A program made the translations under genes and the position numbers. A stretch of DNA of 64,000 nt from an uncultured Candidatus Saccharibacteria bacterium (GTDB lineage Bacteria > Patescibacteriota > Minisyncoccia > Phycocordibacterales > UBA1006): positions 312,377 to 376,376 of the forward strand of contig CAYGJA010000001.1 of the NCBI GenBank assembly GCA_964350165.1, written 5' to 3'. Of the stretch, positions 57,016-64,000 are shown in pieces (position 1 is the first letter of the stretch; the number at the start of each line of letters is the position of its first letter). The notes under the pieces are model-generated. The model worked only from the letters and a program-made list of their open reading frames with translations, was not told the origin of the DNA and ran no database searches.

Positions 57016-59583
57016 CTAGAGATAGCTTCGATCGATAAACCGCCTCTCTTGGAGATTAAAATTAGAAAAAACGAGCGAACGCTTAATGGCAAGTACTTCT
57101 TCAGTACTCATTTCCCCTTTTCCAGCCGCCTGATCCAGGGCAGCAATCATTTGGGTTGCCAATTGCCCAGGAAAGCCACCGGTAATAATACGAACCTTTG
57201 CTGTAGGGTCAACCGTCGTCGCCTCGTGATATAGGGCCTTCATATAGGCAACAATCACGCGCGCCATTTCGTCGGCTTCCTGACTGCCGAGTGATAAGTC
57301 AAGCAGGTCTTCGACCTTGACGGCGCCCGCAAATACGACACTGGCCTCTGTGGTGCCATCTGCTCGGAGGATACCATCCTCTTGGATCAGATGCTCCACC
57401 GGTCGACCAACCTCAAAAAAGGCGTTCACTATTGGGGGTACCATGCCTTTTTCTTGCTGCTTTTCTAGCGAAGCACGTATCTGCGCCGCGTCCGGCGGAG
57501 TCACCGCAACCGCACTCCAAAGTCGTGGGTAAAATTCTGGATCGCCGACTTCTACCTGGATGTCCAGTTCGCTCATCAGATTGGCGATTACTGGATAGCT
57601 GTTACACACTTGAGAAAATAATAATTGGTCAGTATCAGCCAGACGTTGCCAGTGGGCTTTTTGGGAGGATCCATACTGAGCAGCAATCTGGTCAATGAGT
57701 CTTTCGGCAGGATCTTTGAGCGCTGCATTTGTTTTACTGGCCACCAGCACTTTAAGGACAGAGTGAAGGTAGCGATCATAAATTTTCTCCTGATGCGACG
57801 ATGTATACGCCTCCGAACACAAAATCTGCACCGACTGCTCCAGGAGTCGGTGCCTCTCGGCTGCCTCTGTCTGATCATCACAAACTAGATCATGAACTCT
57901 TTCCATGACATACCGATCGATCTTTTTGGGGAGTGTAAGCGCTTTGTAACGTGCGGCTTTGTATTTTTCAATATTTCCGCGCATCCATGGCAAAACATCA
58001 TTTGGTGCAATTTGAAAACGCAAATTATCTTTGTTCCATATCTGATCAATTGCCGTTGCATTATCTGCAATCATCCCGAACAACTGAGCAAGATATTTTG
58101 GCTGCATTGTGCGGATATGTTCAGGATTCAAATCTTCAATGAGTCGCAAGGCTGCATCGGTGTTTTTTGCTTCGAGCACGTCACCAAGTCGTAATTCGGC
58201 CTGCTCTAGGCGCAACTTAGCAACGGCAGGATGCTCGCTTACGCGCGTTTTTTCAGCCAAGAGGGAGCGGAACTGTACCTGATCGCCGTCACACACCTCG
58301 GTGAAGGCTTTCTGGTACAGTGGGATATCAGCTTCGGGGATACTTACCAGGCGACGCTCACTATCAACTGAGACGACAATATCAATATGGCGCTCCGGCA
58401 GGTCATAAGGGCTGTGTGGCGATTCTGGCGACTGAGCGAAGACTCGATTAATATCAGCGAACTGCCGTGCAAAGCTTTGGGCAACGCCTGTAAACTCGTC
58501 CTTTGTATAGCGCGGAACTGCAAAAAAACCCTGCAGAGACACCCATAGTTCATCGGGATTAATCCCCGAACCCAAGGCCCGGTCTGAGGCGATTACTTCT
58601 GGGTGCCCACCAAACTCAGCTACGTACCCATTCCCGAAAAGTGCTTCAACATGATTTAAACGGTCACCAAGAATTTCACGCAAGTCAGCCAGCGAGCTTT
58701 CTTCCTCGCCCTCCTTGGTCTTTGGAACTTTCAGCAGCACCTTGTTGCCAATTATATTTCCGTTGTCATCTTTAGCATCACCAACAATCATCATCAGGTG
58801 TGGCACAACCCCATTTGCCTCTGCGTGCGCTTGGGCAATACCAGGCGCTCCGCTGTCAGTATTCGTGCCACGCACATCAAACATAACGAGACCCACACCA
58901 GTATCGGTAGTGATGGCACGAATCGCCTCAGACTGTGTAGCTTTTTCCATCAAACGGTTCCGAGCCTCAGCCTCGGCCTGCTGGGCAAGTCGTATCTCTT
59001 CTTGGTATAGCTCTGCCACTGATGACGTACGGCTTGGGTTCAGGACTGTATCCATCATCTGAACTGCCGCCAACAAAAAACCGTCTTTGTCATCAGCAAA
59101 CTGCAACTTCAGCCCATAAAAGACTTTCTTGGTCGCAAGGTCAAGGTCATCTTTCTGAAGGAGCTTGAGTTGTTTTTTAAGTTTTTTTCCAGTCTCTGCA
59201 CTTCGTGCCCACCGAGCGATATCGACAGCGTATGGTGTAAAAGTATCCAAAAATTCATCACGGCATTGTTGTGCAAATTCCGCCACCGCTGGCGCGTCAG
59301 TCAGGGGGTTGTTATCAAAATTACCAGTATCTTTCGAATTGACCCCTTTGTATCCATCTGGAACCCCCTCAACGACAAACACTTTTGGATCTTTCAGATC
59401 GAGTTCTTTCACCTTTGGAGTAAATTCAAAACCGCTTGAAGCCGAAACAACTCCCCCGCGGAGCGCCAGGTAATACGTGAGGAACTGATCGCGATCGAAT
59501 TCATGGAACCAGTGCCCAAAGACGGTTTTTTCATAGAGTGGTGGCTTTTCAGGAGATGCAGGTGCTTCAAATTTTTCGATCAT
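57016..59583 (-). CDS. large hypothetical protein (~855 aa)
   Basis: Long uninterrupted ORF. Track TTG start replaced by the ATG at 59581-59583. Confidence 0.5.
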   Translation of the reverse strand: MIEKFEAPASPEKPPLYEKTVFGHWFHEFDRDQFLTYYLALRGGVVSASSGFEFTPKVKELDLKDPKVFVVEGVPDGYKGVNSKDTGNFDNNPLTDAPAVAEFAQQCRDEFLDTFTPYAVDIARWARSAETGKKLKKQLKLLQKDDLDLATKKVFYGLKLQFADDKDGFLLAAVQMMDTVLNPSRTSSVAELYQEEIRLAQQAEAEARNRLMEKATQSEAIRAITTDTGVGLVMFDVRGTNTDSGAPGIAQAHAEANGVVPHLMMIVGDAKDDNGNIIGNKVLLKVPKTKEGEEESSLADLREILGDRLNHVEALFGNGYVAEFGGHPEVIASDRALGSGINPDELWVSLQGFFAVPRYTKDEFTGVAQSFARQFADINRVFAQSPESPHSPYDLPERHIDIVVSVDSERRLVSIPEADIPLYQKAFTEVCDGDQVQFRSLLAEKTRVSEHPAVAKLRLEQAELRLGDVLEAKNTDAALRLIEDLNPEHIRTMQPKYLAQLFGMIADNATAIDQIWNKDNLRFQIAPNDVLPWMRGNIEKYKAARYKALTLPKKIDRYVMERVHDLVCDDQTEAAERHRLLEQSVQILCSEAYTSSHQEKIYDRYLHSVLKVLVASKTNAALKDPAERLIDQIAAQYGSSQKAHWQRLADTDQLLFSQVCNSYPVIANLMSELDIQVEVGDPEFYPRLWSAVAVTPPDAAQIRASLEKQQEKGMVPPIVNAFFEVGRPVEHLIQEDGILRADGTTEASVVFAGAVKVEDLLDLSLGSQEADEMARVIVAYMKALYHEATTVDPTAKVRIITGGFPGQLATQMIAALDQAAGKGEMSTEEVLAIKRSLVFSNFNLQERRFIDRSYL

Positions 59584-59657
59584 ATGCTGCAAGTATACCA
59601 AATCAAGTTCGGGAAATTAAAAAACCGGAAGATTTCCTAGGAAGCCTTCCGGTTGTT

Positions 59658-60332
59658 CTATTCAAAAATGCAGTAATAGTGCCAGCCTCGCTTGGGCTGG
59701 CCGTTCACTACATAGATGTCCTCTATGTGCTGAAGCTTGGCAACCCGAAAGCCACCTTGCTTCGCGACACCCAGAACATCGTGCTCATCAAGGTACGTAT
59801 GGGGCACCCCCTCTTCGGGATGCCCAGGTTCATTTTTGTAGACGGTGCGACCGTCCACGACCCGTTCCTCCCGCTCAGCAACCACAAACTTGGCGTTTGC
59901 CTGCGAATTGAGCGTGAGAAAGAGTTCTCCACTGGGCCTCAGCACTCGACGCGCTTCACGCAGGCAGTCGATGAGCCCAGGATAGGTGCTGTGATAGATG
60001 CCATGATAGGACACCATGCAGTCCACCGAATTATCAAGGTACGGCAACTGATGCATGTCGCTCACCTGGGAATCTATCACCAAGCCCAGACGATCCGCCT
60101 CGGCCTCGAGGATCTGTATACCCGATAGAGCGGCGTCAAACGCTCGCACCTGGAAGCCGTGCTTGGCAAAGTACAGCGCATGTCGTCCGCGCCCACAACA
60201 GTGATCAAGGAAGGCGGTGAAACCCTTCTCTTTCCAGCGCAGCAAGCAGCCTTGTGCCACCAACGAGGGCTGCGTCCAAAAGTCGTTCGACCCAGACGCA
60301 GCCCAATCCCAAGTTTCCGAATGATTAGGCAT
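59658..60332 (-). CDS. class I SAM-dependent methyltransferase
   Basis: Motif I FLDHCCGRGRHALYFAKHGFQV, and motif post-I/II region. Start re-set to the ATG at 60332 to avoid a 128-nt overlap with the radical SAM gene. Confidence 0.65.
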   Translation of the reverse strand: MPNHSETWDWAASGSNDFWTQPSLVAQGCLLRWKEKGFTAFLDHCCGRGRHALYFAKHGFQVRAFDAALSGIQILEAEADRLGLVIDSQVSDMHQLPYLDNSVDCMVSYHGIYHSTYPGLIDCLREARRVLRPSGELFLTLNSQANAKFVVAEREERVVDGRTVYKNEPGHPEEGVPHTYLDEHDVLGVAKQGGFRVAKLQHIEDIYVVNGQPKRGWHYYCIFE

Positions 60333-61410
60333 GCCAACCCCCTTCCTCTTGGGCGGTGTCAAAGTTGCCGCTCCCAGCAACCTCGCTCGTGTCGAACTTG
60401 GTAGTTGGATTGACAACTTGTCCACCCCGAAAGTACAGCATACCGCCACCATTCCACTTGGCCCGGATTCCCATCCAGTGCCGAGGATAGCGGCGTGATA
60501 CCTCTGCCAGCATGCCGGTCACGATATCCTTGTCGGGCACCTGCCAGGTGCACCCCTTTACCTCCTTGTAGAGGCGCCAGGTCCAGAACACCGTAGTAGG
60601 ATCACCCTGACAAATGTCATTCGCCAGACGAAGCATGTCCTTCAACGTGGTATCGCCAAAAACCGGCGTCCGCACATCCAGGATTGCTCCGTGAGGGTTG
60701 GTCTCTGGATTACTAAACAGCGCCTGAGTTGCCAGCGACTGATGATACATGCGCTCGCCAGCCTTCTGGCCGACCCCCATAATCTCACCCATGCGCTCAG
60801 GCACGGCCTTGAGGTCAATGGCAGCCGAATCCATCAGCGGGAGCATCTGCCGCACCCAGCGCGTGCCGGTACCATTATGAGCAATACTCGTTTTGGCACC
60901 AAACACAGACCGTACATAATAGGTCAGCGCCAGGCAATGCTTTTGGAACATAACCGGATCCCCGCCGGAAAAGCGGACAATCTCGCCGCGCTCAGCGGCG
61001 CGATGAGCCATGGCGAACAGATGTCGCAATTCAACATCTACAGCCACAATGGGGCGCCCCTGGTCGTCGATAAACTGCACATCACGCTTGCAATACGGGC
61101 ACGCCACATTGCACTGCCCAAACGAAAATATGCGCGTGACAGGCAGGTATTTCAACAGGTTGCCTTCCGTCGCTGGCAAGCTCCGCAGTACAGGCTCAGG
61201 ATTCAGTCGCCCAGACTCCTCACGAGCCAGGTCAAAATAGTAATGACGGATCTCCTGACCCACCATATTCCGCTGACCATAGGCCAACATGGGGGTCATT
61301 TGGTCGGGCGAGAGGTCATAGAGACCACAAGCGACCAGCATTTCGAATTCGTCAACTTGGACATCCTTGATGCCGTACACGATGACGTTGTTTTTCGTTG
61401 TAAGGTTCAT
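60325..61410 (-). CDS. radical SAM domain protein
   Basis: CxxxCxxC cluster FGQCNVACPYCKRD. 361 aa. Confidence 0.65.
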   Translation of the reverse strand: MNLTTKNNVIVYGIKDVQVDEFEMLVACGLYDLSPDQMTPMLAYGQRNMVGQEIRHYYFDLAREESGRLNPEPVLRSLPATEGNLLKYLPVTRIFSFGQCNVACPYCKRDVQFIDDQGRPIVAVDVELRHLFAMAHRAAERGEIVRFSGGDPVMFQKHCLALTYYVRSVFGAKTSIAHNGTGTRWVRQMLPLMDSAAIDLKAVPERMGEIMGVGQKAGERMYHQSLATQALFSNPETNPHGAILDVRTPVFGDTTLKDMLRLANDICQGDPTTVFWTWRLYKEVKGCTWQVPDKDIVTGMLAEVSRRYPRHWMGIRAKWNGGGMLYFRGGQVVNPTTKFDTSEVAGSGNFDTAQEEGGWHA

Positions 61411-61644
61411 GATTTTTCCGTTGTTAGAGTGGTGTTTGTTTTACTCAGGAGAACACGGCACCAGACCAAAATGAAGCGGCCCGACAGGTTTTGTCGGGCC
61501 GGTTTTGACATTTTGGGTGGCGGGCGCGACTACACCACATCCTCGGCGTACTGAACTCCACGATAGGAGTAGTACATTCGCTTCTGCCCACTTCAAGCAG
61601 GAACGATTTATTTCCGGAAATTAAATTACCTAAATCAAATTGTC

Positions 61645-61977
61645 ATGACAAAGTTACTCGTAATCACGACTCTTGCAACATTAGCCCTTATAATTGGAGC
61701 TGTGTTTTTTCCCAGCAACTACGAAAACCTGTTGACCCCCTCTATTATTGTGTCAATTCTTTGGATCGTCACAACAACGAAATGGTTATATCACCGAGGG
61801 CAGGAAGGATTATTCCTTACCCAAGAGGTCTTGCCTTTCATGGTTGTCATCATTGGGATAATCGGCTCTTTGGGCTTGATGTTGGCAGGTTTCAGCTTCT
61901 TTACGAGCATCGTAACTATTTTTTTGGTCTTTCTGACCAGCAATTTATCGGGCATGTTCAAATATGAGCTGGCCTGA
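61645..61977 (+). CDS. small hypothetical membrane protein (110 aa, ~4 TM)
   Basis: Hydrophobic ORF with ATG. Confidence 0.4.
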   Translation: MTKLLVITTLATLALIIGAVFFPSNYENLLTPSIIVSILWIVTTTKWLYHRGQEGLFLTQEVLPFMVVIIGIIGSLGLMLAGFSFFTSIVTIFLVFLTSNLSGMFKYELA

Positions 61978-62116
61978 TTGAGGTAGTTATTTTGTATTGA
62001 TTGTATGAAGTCTGTAAGAGAATCGTCTCTTACAGACTTTTCTCTTGGTTTATTTTCTGAAATGTCAGAACCAAAAACACCTTGCAAAGCAAGGCGTTTT
62101 TGGATGTTTTTTCTGA

Positions 62117-62136
62117 TGGGTGGTTACCGGGAATCG
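62117..62136. repeat. 20-bp exact direct repeat of the tRNA-His 3-prime end (att-like core)
   Basis: tgggtggttaccgggaatcg occurs at 62117-62136 and again at 62339-62358, where it covers the acceptor-stem 3-prime strand and half the T-loop. Confidence 0.6.
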
Positions 62137-62295
62137 GTCAGGAGTCGATTATTTTCATAGTCGCTACCACTCCTTGAAAATATATCGCTCACGACCCTGG
62201 CTCGCGGCTGGCTCCGCTTCGCTACGCCAGACTTCGTCGCTCCGCCTTTCGATTCCCTCTCGAAAACTTCGTTTTCTCGTAGCCTCACCCGAGTA

Positions 62296-62337
62296 CAACA
62301 CAAAAGGCCAGAGCTGCGCTCTGACCTTTGTGTGTTG
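62296..62337. terminator. ~19-bp near-perfect hairpin immediately 3-prime of tRNA-His (minus sense)
   Basis: caacacaaaaggccagagc-tgc-gctctgacctttgtgtgttg. Confidence 0.5.
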
Positions 62338-62340
62338 TTG

Positions 62341-62413
62341 GGTGGTTACCGGGAATCGAACCCGGATTGCCGGTACCACAAACCGGAGTAATAACCTTTA
62401 TACCATAACCACC
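62341..62413 (-). tRNA. tRNA-His (anticodon GUG) with genomically encoded G-1; CCA not encoded
   Basis: Manual fold of the reverse complement gives an 8-bp acceptor stem with G-1:C73 (GGTGGTTA/TAACCACC), a D-arm, anticodon stem CCGGT/ACCGG with loop TTGTGGT (GTG), a 4-nt variable loop, and T-arm CCGGG-TTCGATT-CCCGG. Confidence 0.8.
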
Positions 62414-62459
62414 ATGTCGCCCACCGCAAGCAGTAGACGGATGCTTTATACCAGATTTT

Positions 62460-63485
62460 CTATTCTTCGGCCAGGTTTTTTGTTGCTTTACGAATAATTA
62501 TTCGCTCGTACAACTGGCTACCAACCAAGCCAAACAAAAGTAATCCCAAGTAAATCAACAGGACATTCATAAAAGGCAGTGGAACGCTTGATACCGATCC
62601 CAAAATAAAGACTACGTACCAGGAAATAATCGAAACAGAACCGCTGGCATAGATGAGTTGCCGCACAAAGCGAGCCCTTGGCGAGATATCTCCTGGTTTG
62701 GCCTCGAACTTTACCTTGGTCAACCGTGGTGTCACAAAGAAATTAAGGGCCAAACCATTGAGAGTAATTACGGCTACCACAATTACTTTTACCAAAAATT
62801 TGCTTGACTCATTGAGCCTTGCGGCTTCTGGTAGATACAAACCAACCCCCGTGAGAATAAGCACTCCTAGTGCCACCCAAATGATCTGGGAATACATGCG
62901 CATGGTTTTTGATTCGGCTTGATCTACTCGGAAATCTTTGAGGAATTTTGTAAAAGAAATATCAGTTACCGTAGTGGCCCCCACCCCAATAGCGGCCGCC
63001 AAAGCATGAACAATAACAATTAACCATTTGTACTCGGCCAATATTGGCAAAATATCCACCTGCAATCCGAGCAAACTAAAGATAGCAATCAGGGTTGAAA
63101 TGGCTGCCGAACATAGACACCACGTACACCAACTCTTGAGTACAAAGGCTTGGATACCAGTAAGGTATGCCGAAAACAAAAAAGCACCCAACGAGAGACC
63201 TAGCACCAAAAAGGTCACCACCTCTGGTACCGCCTCACCAAAAACAAGTAAACCTCCATACACAAGAGCAATTAGGGCATAGTACCCCATACCACCCACC
63301 GCAAGATCAACGCCTAGGAATTGGGCATATTTGCTATTCACTACCGTGTCGCACTTGCCATTGAGCGGACAAACCATCGGGCGCTTGGATTTCTTTTTTG
63401 AATGAATATTAAAAGCGATTACAAACCCAACAAAAGCCGAAAAAATAACCAATAATTTAAGGATGCTTGGCAAGAATTCCATCAT
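62460..63485 (-). CDS. vitamin K epoxide reductase (VKOR)-family protein fused to an extra C-terminal multi-TM domain
   Basis: Loop cysteines VCPLNGKCD, SKYAQFLGVDLAVGGMGYYAL, and active-site CxxC in a TM helix (WCTWCLC). 341 aa. Confidence 0.65.
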   Translation of the reverse strand: MMEFLPSILKLLVIFSAFVGFVIAFNIHSKKKSKRPMVCPLNGKCDTVVNSKYAQFLGVDLAVGGMGYYALIALVYGGLLVFGEAVPEVVTFLVLGLSLGAFLFSAYLTGIQAFVLKSWCTWCLCSAAISTLIAIFSLLGLQVDILPILAEYKWLIVIVHALAAAIGVGATTVTDISFTKFLKDFRVDQAESKTMRMYSQIIWVALGVLILTGVGLYLPEAARLNESSKFLVKVIVVAVITLNGLALNFFVTPRLTKVKFEAKPGDISPRARFVRQLIYASGSVSIISWYVVFILGSVSSVPLPFMNVLLIYLGLLLFGLVGSQLYERIIIRKATKNLAEE

Positions 63486-63490
63486 GCTAC

Positions 63491-63982
63491 CTATTCTAAC
63501 ATTGTTGTATCGGTAGTGGTTGATGCTGTTTCGACATCAGGAACACACACCGCTTCCCCGGGAGGAGTTTCGATAATATTAATAAACTGACTGGAATCGG
63601 CACACAAATAGCCAACGTCAAATGGACTAGATAATGAAAAACTGGTTCCGTTTTCTTGGCAAGCCACATTGATGCCAGAAAATACTTCGGTTAGTTCGGC
63701 CAGAGACTGGTTAACCGGCAAGCTGTCGCACACACCGGCAAAACTCTCCTGTTCGACACCATAAATTTGAGCTTGTCGTTGCCCTTCTGCCAATAGGTTA
63801 ATCGCAACGTTAATGCGAGCGTTTTGGCGCAATTCTACCAACAGTCGGTCACCGTCAATCGCTTGTCTTGATACATCGGTACCACTACTTTTTGCCACAG
63901 TGTAATCGGCAAGAGGGATTGGCTCGAGCATAGCCATACTGGTTTCGACTGGTTGATTTACACTAGTAACATCAATAACCAA
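63491..63982 (-). CDS. hypothetical Cys-containing protein (possibly N-terminally truncated by the window end)
   Basis: ORF directly upstream of VKOR in the same operon. The window ends 18 nt beyond the first ATG. Confidence 0.35.
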   Translation of the reverse strand: MVIDVTSVNQPVETSMAMLEPIPLADYTVAKSSGTDVSRQAIDGDRLLVELRQNARINVAINLLAEGQRQAQIYGVEQESFAGVCDSLPVNQSLAELTEVFSGINVACQENGTSFSLSSPFDVGYLCADSSQFINIIETPPGEAVCVPDVETASTTTDTTMLE

Positions 63983-64000
63983 CGACCCTTCGTACCCGCC

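Noticed and set aside
62137-62338. Possibility that the ~200 bp between the two tRNA-derived direct repeats encodes a second tRNA or tmRNA
   Set aside because: The copy retains only the acceptor 3-prime strand and half T-loop and no matching 5-prime strand, and no tag-peptide reading frame (..ALAA) is present. It is interpreted as an att-like remnant plus a terminator hairpin.
62120-62497. 125-aa plus-strand and 71-aa minus-strand ORFs overlapping tRNA-His and its flanking hairpin
   Set aside because: They overlap a well-folding tRNA and palindromic terminator sequence, so they are spurious.
1-64000. Alternative genetic code (UGA recoded), as in some candidate-phyla lineages
   Set aside because: Very long ORFs (1704, 1036 and 861 aa) are intact with TGA used as stop, and gene boundaries are consistent under translation table 11.

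Overview
The window looks like a gene-dense, mostly minus-strand bacterial chromosome segment with low-to-moderate GC. Many genes are small and overlap, which may indicate a small-genome lineage such as Patescibacteria/CPR; this is an inference, not established. TGA behaves as a stop codon throughout, so the standard code applies.

Recognisable content, from left to right:
- the N-terminal part of argS;
- a thymidylate-supply group (dut, tmk, glyA) interrupted by a five-gene type IV pilin/pseudopilin cluster, then a divergent tandem-domain ThyX-like gene;
- secE-nusG-rplK, with rplK followed by a long hairpin and a glutamine amidotransferase gene rather than rplA;
- a SIMPL-domain protein, a class II CPD photolyase, an M23 peptidase, a YceI-like protein and DsbA;
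- a carotenoid operon (polyprenyl synthase, phytoene synthase, phytoene desaturase) with a convergent UbiA prenyltransferase and uppP, followed by gdh;
- an ECF sigma factor with a membrane partner, next to an RND pump and its adaptor;
- an orphan histidine kinase;
- a secreted protein with a Lys-rich tail, then the repair genes fpg, bcp and ung, and further on a ZIP metal transporter, GrpB and an ExoIII-like nuclease;
- a 1704-aa DEAH/HrpA-like helicase with a roughly 1100-aa uncharacterised C-terminal extension;
- an NTase-fold protein paired with an acidic 490-aa protein;
- a PIG-L deacetylase and GT8 glycosyltransferase module;
- a roughly 12-kb GC-richer block (about 49.6-61.6 kb) carrying two paralogous TrmB-like regulators, an unknown-domain-GNAT fusion, an 861-aa unknown, a SAM methyltransferase and a radical SAM enzyme; this block lies next to tRNA-His (GUG, with encoded G-1), which has a 20-bp direct repeat of its 3-prime end about 220 bp away;
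- a VKOR-family protein at the right end.

At several gene ends there are long, perfect hairpins flanked by an A-tract and a T-tract, which look like bidirectional terminators. No CRISPR array, rRNA gene or obvious transposase was seen. Many longest-ORF starts in the supplied track are TTG or GTG artefacts, and several starts were re-set to a downstream ATG.
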